The notes under the pieces were generated by a model. It saw nothing but the letters and a program-made list of their open reading frames with translations, had not been told where the DNA came from and did not search any database. Made by a program: the position numbers and the translations under genes. This document shows positions 29,385 to 37,997 of a stretch of 64,000 bases of DNA, piece after piece (position 1 is the stretch's first letter; every line of letters starts with the position of its first letter). This DNA is from Candidatus Caldarchaeales archaeon (GTDB lineage Archaea > Thermoproteota > Nitrososphaeria_A > Caldarchaeales > Wolframiiraptoraceae), in assembly GCA_039630055.1 (NCBI GenBank), contig JBCNVN010000002.1, positions 32,001 to 96,000 of the forward strand, written 5' to 3'.

Positions 29385-30125
29385 ATGAATATATCACCAA
29401 GAAGTTTAGAGCTAGATCATTTTAAATACTTCTTAGACCTAAAAAAGGACATGGGAAGGGGTTATAGGTGGTTAGGCGGAATCGGCTACATACTCTCATT
29501 GATACCATTCGTAAATATTGTTGGGTCGATCCTGGTTGGGATAGGTTGGATAATGGCTGGGAACGATACGAGAAACGGGATCTTTAAAGCTACTGGAATA
29601 GTATTATTAGTAACCTTAATCTTGGGGATAGGTCTAATAGGGATCTTATTCCCATTTATAGGAGGAGTTCTAATGAGTGGTTTCATGGGTTTAGAACCAG
29701 AATTCTCACCCAGATTATTCTCCAACCTCCTGCAATCTCTAGGTCTCTTCATCACACTTATCTCAGGTATTGCAGTATTAGCGATAGTTGGATGGGTGCT
29801 TGAACTTATATCCCACTTTAGAGCATCTAAAGTGTATAATGTTAAATGGTTTGGAAGAGCAGGATGGATGAGGATAATCTCATTAATAGTAGCGATAATA
29901 ATTGTTGTGTTTCTTGTAACTCAGATATCCGGCTTGTTGGGGACACTATCCTTCACGGATCCTAGAACGATACTCAACACAGTCTTCACATCCCTATCCA
30001 TCCTAATCATCCCAGTTATACTAAACTTGATAGCGATAATCTTCTCAGCCATATCATTCTTCACTATTCCGGAAACACCTGTAGAAGAATCTAGAAAGCC
30101 TCCGGAGCTCCCTCCACCACCTTGA
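29385..30125 (+). CDS. Membrane protein, DUF973/DUF996-like (likely start ATG 29451)
   Basis: Multiple TM helices with internal repeat, Pro-rich C-terminus. Confidence 0.55.
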   Translation: MNISPRSLELDHFKYFLDLKKDMGRGYRWLGGIGYILSLIPFVNIVGSILVGIGWIMAGNDTRNGIFKATGIVLLVTLILGIGLIGILFPFIGGVLMSGFMGLEPEFSPRLFSNLLQSLGLFITLISGIAVLAIVGWVLELISHFRASKVYNVKWFGRAGWMRIISLIVAIIIVVFLVTQISGLLGTLSFTDPRTILNTVFTSLSILIIPVILNLIAIIFSAISFFTIPETPVEESRKPPELPPPP

Positions 30126-30170
30126 TAATCCTCTAATAATTCTTTCAAAATCGATGACTGTGAGAGACCT

Positions 30171-30800
30171 ATGGTAGATGTTGAGATAGATAAAGACCTA
30201 GTGGAGGTCTTCCCCGAGATCTATCTCTCTACTAGGGAGGTTGAGACCGTCGTCAGACCGTCGATAGGGCTTGAAGATCAAGTCTCAAAAATAAGAGCAG
30301 GTATCCATTATAGTTTGGAGAGCTTAAAGGATAACCCTATCATCAGGGCTTTCAGAGATTTCTATTGGAGGATAGGGATAGATCCGACGAAGATTAGACC
30401 TGCAAGCGAGGCATTGGTTAGGAGGATCTTATCCGGCTCATCTTTACCGGCGATAAATAATGTTGTAGATGCTGGAAACCTAGCATCTGCTGAGACACTG
30501 ATACCTATAGGATTATATGATCTAGATAAGATAGTTGGGAGACTAGTTCTTAGATTCGCTAGAATTGGAGAAGAATTTACCGATATAACTGGAAAGGTGA
30601 AGAAGCTTGAAGGAAATACGATAGTTTTATCAGATGATCTGGGAATAGTCCATATATTTCCACATAGAGATAGTCTTAGAACGATGATAGGATGGGATAC
30701 GAGAAGAGTCTTGATAATAGGGTGTGGAGTGAAAAATATTCCGAGAGAATTGGTAGACAAGGCAGTCGATAGAGTCATAGACTATTTGAAGATCTTGTAA
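30171..30800 (+). CDS. Stand-alone B3/4 domain protein (PheRS beta editing-like)
   Basis: RAFRDFYWRIGIDPTKIRPASEALVRR, INNVVDAGNLAS, IGLYDLD. Confidence 0.88.
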   Translation: MVDVEIDKDLVEVFPEIYLSTREVETVVRPSIGLEDQVSKIRAGIHYSLESLKDNPIIRAFRDFYWRIGIDPTKIRPASEALVRRILSGSSLPAINNVVDAGNLASAETLIPIGLYDLDKIVGRLVLRFARIGEEFTDITGKVKKLEGNTIVLSDDLGIVHIFPHRDSLRTMIGWDTRRVLIIGCGVKNIPRELVDKAVDRVIDYLKIL

Positions 30801-30884
30801 TGTCAGCAAGAAGATAAACCTTAATATCTATTTATGAGATGAAATAACTTATTTTACTTCGTTTATTGATTATTATCAGGAAGG

Positions 30885-32150
30885 ATGATGGTCTTCAACC
30901 TGGAGGAGCACACTATATCAAGTAGAGAGATGATGATTGTCGATGAGAATTCTGAGTGGCTTGGCGTCCCTAGGATCCTTCTCATGGAGAATGCTGGCGC
31001 AGCTGTTGCTAGAGCGGCTCACTTCTGGATTGGAACATTGAGAGGAGTAGACGTAGTCGTATTCTGCGGTGTGGGGAATAATGGTGGAGATGGGATGGTT
31101 GCAGCTAGACACCTGGTCTCTATGGGTGCAAATGTAACCGTCATACTATTGGGTTCTATAGAGAAGGTTAGAACGTATGAGGCGAGATTAAACATGGATG
31201 CATTGAGATCTATGAAGGAGAGCATATCATTTATCGTTGTAGAGAATGTTGACGATCTATTGAGATTAAAACGATCCGTTGAGAAAGCTGAGGTCGTGGT
31301 GGATGCTATATTCGGGACAGGCATAAGAGGTAAGATAAAAGACCCTTGGAGGACTGCTATAGAGATGATAAATTCAACTAAAGCCTTCAAGCTCTCAGTC
31401 GATATTCCTTCTGGAATCAATCCAGACACGGGAGAAATAGAAGATATAGCCGTCAACGCGGACATGACTGTAACATTTCATAAAGTTAAGAGAGGAATCC
31501 CGGCCGCAGCAGAATACTGTGGAGAAGTTGTCGTCGAATCCATAGGTATACCACCTGAGGCTGAGATCGTGATGGGACCTGGAGACTTAAAAGATGTCTT
31601 GATGGATATTTCTCTGGAAACGAGAAAAGTTGCTTTAATAAATCCGAGAAGAGAGATTGTAGATATTCTAAGAAGGGTAAAGGTTGATTTTAAGATTGAT
31701 GATTACTCTGACTGTCCAATCGTATATATTGGTGAAGACGTCAAGGAATCGTATACACCTCCATCTAGAACTCTTATTGTTTCCGAAGGGTTAAGAAAGG
31801 GGTCTGATATCTCTCTAGTCAGGGATAGTAAACCTTCTAATAGAAAGGTCTTAGATCTATGCAAGGATGCTAGAGATCTTGTAGTAGAATCTGGTAAGAT
31901 CGTCTACATGGAATCAGATGTTGATATTGTCACTGATGGATCTAGATGTAAAGCTTCGTGGCGTTCTAGACCTTTGAAAGAGATTGGTTCAGCTACATTG
32001 AGGGCCATGATACTCTTCTTTACAGCTAGTGGAATAGATCCTTTTAGATCTTGTTGTGCAGCAGGATATCTAGCAGGATTTGTTGAAGAAAATGGATTGG
32101 AAAGATTAGAAGAAGAGATAGATTCTAGAAAGACTAGACTACGTCTTTGA
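30885..32150 (+). CDS. nnrE: NAD(P)H-hydrate epimerase with degenerate C-terminal dehydratase-like domain
   Basis: LMENAG, GVGNNGGDG, DAIFGTG, VDIPSG; the C-terminus resembles NnrD but lacks GTGD. Confidence 0.85.
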   Translation: MMVFNLEEHTISSREMMIVDENSEWLGVPRILLMENAGAAVARAAHFWIGTLRGVDVVVFCGVGNNGGDGMVAARHLVSMGANVTVILLGSIEKVRTYEARLNMDALRSMKESISFIVVENVDDLLRLKRSVEKAEVVVDAIFGTGIRGKIKDPWRTAIEMINSTKAFKLSVDIPSGINPDTGEIEDIAVNADMTVTFHKVKRGIPAAAEYCGEVVVESIGIPPEAEIVMGPGDLKDVLMDISLETRKVALINPRREIVDILRRVKVDFKIDDYSDCPIVYIGEDVKESYTPPSRTLIVSEGLRKGSDISLVRDSKPSNRKVLDLCKDARDLVVESGKIVYMESDVDIVTDGSRCKASWRSRPLKEIGSATLRAMILFFTASGIDPFRSCCAAGYLAGFVEENGLERLEEEIDSRKTRLRL

Positions 32151-33006
32151 ATCGATCAAATGTTTCAAGAATCTGTCTGTCTAATGGTTTATGGATTCTC
32201 TTCTTTCTTCCTACATACGTGTAAGGTCCGACTTCCTTGAATGCTCTCTCACCCAATTCATCTCCCTCACCGACAGAATACTCTCCCCAAGAACTATAAT
32301 GTCTAAACTTATCTATCTCTGTCCAGCTTAGATCGAATTCTCTTATCTCATCTGGATTGATGCAAACCACAACTCTATCCAATCTTCTATGAATAGATAA
32401 TGGAGCGGTGAAAACCCTACCTAGATCTATCCTATTCTCTATCTTTACATAACTATAACCTGACATCATATTTAAAATGTATTCTGTCGTAGAGTATGCG
32501 ATATCGAGTGGATGAATCTTTCGGTATAGTTCAGGGCTGAAAGCATTAGGATGTATATGTAGATGGGCTCCTCTTCCACTCCACTTAACTATTAAAGATT
32601 TAGAAATCCCAAACCTGTCAAGAATACTAATCAATTCTTCTACGGCCTTAACGACCTGTCTATAATCATTTTTTAATGGATCTATATCCCATGTAGGGGT
32701 GGAAGCAACAATATTTTCTCTATCATGAACATCTTCTTCAGATTCTAGATTTTCATAGATGTTTATTGAGGCATAGAATGTTCTGGGAGAGAATCTTTCA
32801 AGAATCTTAAGTAGCTTCCGTAAATCTTCCTTTGAGACGATTTTAAGAGGCTTACCAGTTCCTGGAAAATATCTGAACATTAGCTGGACTCCATTTTTAT
32901 CAAACTTGGAGCAGTGTACTCCTATCCATCTACCACTTGAGAAGCTCGAGATTTCACTTAAAACTTCTTCTTTCATATAATGTTTAAAGATTAGATCTTC
33001 GCTCAA
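32134..33006 (-). CDS. Archaeo-eukaryotic primase (AEP) superfamily primase-polymerase-like protein
   Basis: WDIDP (DxD), KWSGRGAHLH (SxxGxH), ENRID...FTAPLSIH. Confidence 0.7.
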   Translation of the reverse strand: MSEDLIFKHYMKEEVLSEISSFSSGRWIGVHCSKFDKNGVQLMFRYFPGTGKPLKIVSKEDLRKLLKILERFSPRTFYASINIYENLESEEDVHDRENIVASTPTWDIDPLKNDYRQVVKAVEELISILDRFGISKSLIVKWSGRGAHLHIHPNAFSPELYRKIHPLDIAYSTTEYILNMMSGYSYVKIENRIDLGRVFTAPLSIHRRLDRVVVCINPDEIREFDLSWTEIDKFRHYSSWGEYSVGEGDELGERAFKEVGPYTYVGRKKRIHKPLDRQILETFDRFKDVV

Positions 33007-33794
33007 GGGATCTCTCCTACACTCTTCTTCTTTGAATTAACGATCTTCCTGAATACATCTTTTGGAAGACTGAGATCTTCTCTCCTCATCTCAACAGGTC
33101 CCAAGATTACCAATCCTTTTCCTTGAATTATATCTATCTCATGGAGATATCTACTATGATTCGTCTGCCTCATCTTCTCTATCAAAACATACCTCTTCAA
33201 TTCTCCAGACCTGATACTTCTTCTAAATCTAATTATACCATCGGCTATATGCTCTATCCCCCACCCGAAAGCTTCCGCAGTAGTTATTGCATATTGACTA
33301 ACCGCGATAGTTGTAAAATTCCATTTCGATAATACTTTTTTTACATAGTATGAGTATCTTCTCGCCATTGCAGGTCTATCTAACCAGAAGGCACTTATCG
33401 AGTCTATCGCAACTCTAGCCCTACCATACCCTAATTCTTTCTTCGCTTCTATTATCTTACCTACGAGTGCTTCTACCTCCAAGCTCTGTAGACTCCATCT
33501 ATCCTCTCTACCCATTAAAGCATCGATTATGATAAGCTTCCCCTCTTCAACAGCTTTTTCAAAATCCATATTGAATTGGGAGGCTTGATTCATTACAGAT
33601 TCTCTACTCTCTTCTGTTGTTACGTATATAGACTTCTCACCATCGATCACTCCTTGATAGATAAAATGGATAGAAAATATCGTTTTACCGCATCCGGGCT
33701 CTCCGGCGACAGCCACGAAGAAGCCTTCAGGTATACCTCCCTCCATCAAATTATCTAAACCTTCAATTCCCGTCCCAAGCCTTTTGATCTCCAT
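33003..33794 (-). CDS. Single-domain KaiC/RecA-superfamily ATPase (archaeal PAE1156-like family)
   Basis: TGIEGLD, GEPGCGKT, VTTEES, AIDSISAFWLDRPAMAR, EHIADGII, EKMRQTNH. Confidence 0.9.
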   Translation of the reverse strand: MEIKRLGTGIEGLDNLMEGGIPEGFFVAVAGEPGCGKTIFSIHFIYQGVIDGEKSIYVTTEESRESVMNQASQFNMDFEKAVEEGKLIIIDALMGREDRWSLQSLEVEALVGKIIEAKKELGYGRARVAIDSISAFWLDRPAMARRYSYYVKKVLSKWNFTTIAVSQYAITTAEAFGWGIEHIADGIIRFRRSIRSGELKRYVLIEKMRQTNHSRYLHEIDIIQGKGLVILGPVEMRREDLSLPKDVFRKIVNSKKKSVGEIP

Positions 33795-33886
33795 TCCCTT
33801 CAGAAATTATAGATAATAATTAGACATAAATTTTCTGTACACGTTATGTTTACGTATTAATTCCTGAAAATTTTTTAAAACAGTAA

Positions 33887-34639
33887 TCATATTACCCCGA
33901 GACCTAGAAAGCTTAGTATACCTCTAATTACATGGTAGGATAAGTCTCCTAAGAAGAGGTAGTAGAGGAATCCTGACGTAATGAATATTAGGAGGGGTAT
34001 TCCAGGAGTAACCCATACATCATCTCTCTCGATATCTGCAAGTTCAAGAGAGAATAGATTGAACCTAAATCTTCTAATACCTTCAACTTCCTCCTCCATC
34101 ATAAACCAGAATTTTCTATTCTTAGCATTCTTCAACCTCACTCCTAAGACCACTGCAGCGAGCCTCCTCATCATAGATTCATGTTCAAATCCTTCAAAGA
34201 CCTTTCTTCCCCCAATTATCTGGATGATATTGTAGGCGAGCATCACGATTGGTATTATAAGTGAGAGAATTAATCCATTTGTTAGAGAGGCTAAGCCTGT
34301 AAATGGATGCAATCCTCTAGAAGACCAGTATAGAGGTATTCCAAGTGATATGATGAAGATTGCTTTTGCATCGGCTCCACCGTAAAGACCGAAGAAGTAA
34401 AATCCGAATGCTAATCCAGTAGACAATCCGATAGATAATAACGATAGTAGAAGCTTAGTCATACTCCAGTCTAATGCCAAGTCAACAATAGTTAGAGCCG
34501 TGACCAGCGATCCTGAAATTATCCATACACTATCACTTACTTCACGGTATCTCCAATCTAAGTAAGATGTATAGAATAGGGTGGCGGAGAGAATGGATAT
34601 TCTCGTTAGTAAGAGAATTTCTTGAATCAATCTAGTCAA
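33887..34639 (-). CDS. A24 family prepilin/preflagellin peptidase (FlaK/PibD-like)
   Basis: SYLDWRYREV, GLYGGADAKA, VWVTPGIP. Confidence 0.9.
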   Translation of the reverse strand: MTRLIQEILLLTRISILSATLFYTSYLDWRYREVSDSVWIISGSLVTALTIVDLALDWSMTKLLLSLLSIGLSTGLAFGFYFFGLYGGADAKAIFIISLGIPLYWSSRGLHPFTGLASLTNGLILSLIIPIVMLAYNIIQIIGGRKVFEGFEHESMMRRLAAVVLGVRLKNAKNRKFWFMMEEEVEGIRRFRFNLFSLELADIERDDVWVTPGIPLLIFITSGFLYYLFLGDLSYHVIRGILSFLGLGVI

Positions 34640-35513
34640 CCACTATATCGAAGTTTTTCATAATCTTTGGAATCTGATCTAATAGGTCCGAGGCTAATAT
34701 ATGTAGTCCATAAATGGTTGATGCCTCTTCACCTGCTCTTCCATTAAACCATGCACCTGCAGCAGCAGCTTCAAAAGGTTCAATCCCTTTAGCAAGTAGG
34801 CCGGCTACTATTCCAGCTAGTACATCACCTGTTCCTCCAACCGTCATAGCAGGTGAACCTGTCTTATTGATCGCCGTCCTCTCACCATTCGAGATCACGT
34901 CTATCTTCCCCTTGAGTAAGACTGTGACCTTATACTCCTGAGCTTTCTCTTTCACTTTAGCTATCCTCTCAGATAGTTCTCCAGCTAACTCTACCCCGAA
35001 CATTCTCTTGAATTCTCCTGCATGAGGTGTTACGACTATCTTTCTATTGATGATTTTTGGAAGTATATCTGGGTAGAGTGCTGTCGCATCTAAGACAATT
35101 TTCTTGTCTAGTGCTAGTGCTTCTTGAATAATATATTCTATACCTTTGCTGCTTCCTTCAGCTAATCCAGGTCCGATTACTATAGAATCTACTGTTGACA
35201 AGATCTTCATAATCCTTCTCGAGGCCCCCCTAGTTAACTTTACGTCAGTTAATGGTATAACTATGATGTTTGGTGAGAGCGCTCTGATAGATATAGCAGT
35301 CTTTTCAGGTGTTGCTATGTATGCTAAGTCTACTCCAGACCTGAGAGCGGCCATAGCGGAGAGGAATGGTGCACCATGATATAGCCAGCTACCTCCAACT
35401 ACCAGTACTACACCATTCTGACCTTTATGTGATGAAGATCTCCTAGGCTTAATAACCTTCCTAACAAATTCTTCATCAACTTCGATAACGTCCATTAATA
35501 CATCATAGATCAT
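34632..35513 (-). CDS. nnrD: ADP/ATP-dependent NAD(P)H-hydrate dehydratase
   Basis: HKGQNG, GGS..YHGAP, IGPGL, TPHAGEF, LKG, GGTGDVLAG. Confidence 0.93.
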   Translation of the reverse strand: MIYDVLMDVIEVDEEFVRKVIKPRRSSSHKGQNGVVLVVGGSWLYHGAPFLSAMAALRSGVDLAYIATPEKTAISIRALSPNIIVIPLTDVKLTRGASRRIMKILSTVDSIVIGPGLAEGSSKGIEYIIQEALALDKKIVLDATALYPDILPKIINRKIVVTPHAGEFKRMFGVELAGELSERIAKVKEKAQEYKVTVLLKGKIDVISNGERTAINKTGSPAMTVGGTGDVLAGIVAGLLAKGIEPFEAAAAGAWFNGRAGEEASTIYGLHILASDLLDQIPKIMKNFDIVVD

Positions 35514-35563
35514 GTATTGTCTCGAATATATAAACTGACGATATTATTCATAAAAAGTATCGT

Positions 35564-35977
35564 CTAAGTCTTCTCTAAAGTTAATGCGATTATTCCTGAA
35601 GCTAGCCCGATGGCTGATGCTATTATGAGAATACCGCCACCTAGAAGGCTCAGTGCAGAGAATACAAGGATTATAGTTCCCCATAACTGTATATTAGTAG
35701 GGTTTCTGTAAGCCATATATCCAGCTACAAGAATAATTACTCCAGAAACGAGAGTAAATGTTATGAAGGGTATAGAGAGGCTCCAGTTAAACCAGTCCAT
35801 CATCCATGCACACATAGGACATATTCTTGGTCTAAACATCGGCTGACGCCAGCCTATAAACGGTATGAAAGACCACATAAGCAAGATATAGGTACTTATA
35901 ACAATCATCAATAACCCAGATACTAGTGCTAGGATAAAAACTGCTGAAGGCTTTCCAGAAGAATCCAACTTACTCAT
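35564..35977 (-). CDS. Small hypothetical membrane protein with CPMC motif
   Basis: About 4 TM helices; loop RPRICPMCAWMM. Confidence 0.6.
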   Translation of the reverse strand: MSKLDSSGKPSAVFILALVSGLLMIVISTYILLMWSFIPFIGWRQPMFRPRICPMCAWMMDWFNWSLSIPFITFTLVSGVIILVAGYMAYRNPTNIQLWGTIILVFSALSLLGGGILIIASAIGLASGIIALTLEKT

Positions 35978-36092
35978 ATCCTCTAAAGGACTGTATATTT
36001 AATTCTTAATAAATAAATCTTTATTACTATTACAATGATCTTAAACTATTGTAAGAAGATGTTTAAAAATAAATAGGTGTAGAGGTAGTTAT

Positions 36093-36416
36093 CTACTTTT
36101 TCTTGCTGGGTGCTGATGATGTTGTAGGAGTTGGCGGCGTTAAGACGATCTCGATAGTGCTGACGTTCCTAGGTCTTCCATCGTTTCCAACTCTTCCTTC
36201 TTCAGTCCCTATCTTAACATTCTCGACCTTTGCTTCTTGGATAAACCTTCTCCTCACAACCTCGACGACATCTACTGCTTTACTTATTGCTCTCCCTCGT
36301 GCCTTCAATACTACTTTTCTTCCCTCAGTTAATGGTAGAGTCGTTGCCAAGACATAGTTCATCGTCGGCTTCTTTCCCACCAAGATTATAGCTTCACCTG
36401 ATGCACCTATACTCAT
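36093..36416 (-). CDS. albA: DNA/RNA-binding chromatin protein Alba
   Basis: VGKKPTMNYV, KARGRAISKAVDV, VSTIEIVL. Confidence 0.95.
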   Translation of the reverse strand: MSIGASGEAIILVGKKPTMNYVLATTLPLTEGRKVVLKARGRAISKAVDVVEVVRRRFIQEAKVENVKIGTEEGRVGNDGRPRNVSTIEIVLTPPTPTTSSAPSKKK

Positions 36417-36561
36417 CTATGTCCACCTCTAATATACATGATTTAAAGGGATCAAGTTCTTTAAAGACTTTTATCTCCACAAATAGAGTCCATGAGTTAG
36501 AGTAAAATTGTTTGGCTGGTTTTCACGTATTTAACTTTTCCTCAAATCCTAAACCAGAAAA

Positions 36562-36951
36562 CTAGACTTCCCTGTTCTCATCTAGCGAGAAGGGTCTTCC
36601 CTCGTATAATATCTTACTCGGTATGTTTTTCCTCCATCTATCTAGGAAAGATATATCTTCTTTTTTATTCCTTAGTTCATCTGGAAGCATTCTAGGTATC
36701 TCCTCATCTATCGGATACCATCTCCCACAATTACTGCAGAAGATTACTCCTTCTCGAATCTCCCGACTATAGCATTTTGAACACTCTGTTCTTACATCGT
36801 CAGATATTGTAAGGTTATGATAGGCACAGTATAGCTCACATCTTATTATTCTCTGGGGAGGAGTTATCTCATATTCTGTAAATACGATCAGTCTTAGTGG
36901 GAATGTTTTACAGATTGGGCAAGCGAGAAGATCCATCAATCTATACTTCAT
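36562..36951 (-). CDS. trm112: Trm112 family methyltransferase activator
   Basis: LMDLLACPICK...CSNCGRWYPI.EEIPRML. Confidence 0.9.
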   Translation of the reverse strand: MKYRLMDLLACPICKTFPLRLIVFTEYEITPPQRIIRCELYCAYHNLTISDDVRTECSKCYSREIREGVIFCSNCGRWYPIDEEIPRMLPDELRNKKEDISFLDRWRKNIPSKILYEGRPFSLDENREV

Positions 36952-37042
36952 TCCTTCTATCTAGATATTATGAATAAGCCTAATAATATAGGCTTTTCTT
37001 CAAGATAATTTTTATCCTGGTTTATTCTCTAGATACAAGGAC

Positions 37043-37906
37043 TTGGAAACTCCTAGAATCTTAAACTTGATCAACTATTTACCAGTCTTTCTAACCATTT
37101 CTATGACATGGTTTTTCTCGAGCATATTGATATCCACAGATATTAGACCTGAGAGACCTATAGTTACCCCGCTGGAAGAGCCTGAGCCAACGGCTCCACC
37201 AGCTGAAGCATTATCAAGCCCAGCCCCATACCTAAATACTCTAATATTCATAATGGTCTTAACGGTTTCTGGAATCGTTCTACTTTATTTTGCAAGAAAG
37301 AAACCTAAATTTTTCAAGATCTTGGTAACCTTCTTCATATGGATAATATCTTTTGGTGTGACAGCTCTATATACACTAATCGCTACACTATTCTTACAGT
37401 TATATTCATCCTATCTACTGTTAGCTTCTTCTCTAGCTGTAGCTACTTTGGTAACATATTCAATAGTTAGGGGTGGCGAATTGAAGGCCTCTACTGCTTC
37501 AGCATATATTGCTTCTGGAGCTGGAGCCGTGATAGGTATAAGTATACCATACTGGACATTTCTAATACTAATTATAGGGATCTCGATATATGATATAATC
37601 GCAGTCTTTAAAGGACATCTATCATCTATAACTAAGATGGATGCACCAGCTCTAAAAGGACTCGTAGTTGAGATTGGAGATATAGCATTAGGTTTAGGAG
37701 ACCTTTTCTTCTACTCATTGACAATCTCAGCAATATACTTAAACCATGGAATAATCTCAGCGATAGCATCAACGATAAGCATAATCGTTGGATATATGAT
37801 AGTATTGTATGCACTGAGTAAGAGAAGACAGCTACCAGGATTACCAATCCCACTTCTGCTAACGCTAACATCAACATTTATTTTATCAATCTTATCGAGA
37901 CAATAA
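37043..37906 (+). CDS. Presenilin/SPP-type GxGD intramembrane aspartyl protease
   Basis: Multi-TM; IYDIIAVF, LGLGDL, LPGLP (PAL-like). Confidence 0.88.
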   Translation: METPRILNLINYLPVFLTISMTWFFSSILISTDIRPERPIVTPLEEPEPTAPPAEALSSPAPYLNTLIFIMVLTVSGIVLLYFARKKPKFFKILVTFFIWIISFGVTALYTLIATLFLQLYSSYLLLASSLAVATLVTYSIVRGGELKASTASAYIASGAGAVIGISIPYWTFLILIIGISIYDIIAVFKGHLSSITKMDAPALKGLVVEIGDIALGLGDLFFYSLTISAIYLNHGIISAIASTISIIVGYMIVLYALSKRRQLPGLPIPLLLTLTSTFILSILSRQ

Positions 37907-37997
37907 GCTAACTCAAAATCTATAAATCTAATGATTATCAGCTAGATTACTAGAAAAACAAATATACTTGAATTTGTAAGAATATTCTGATAAGAAA

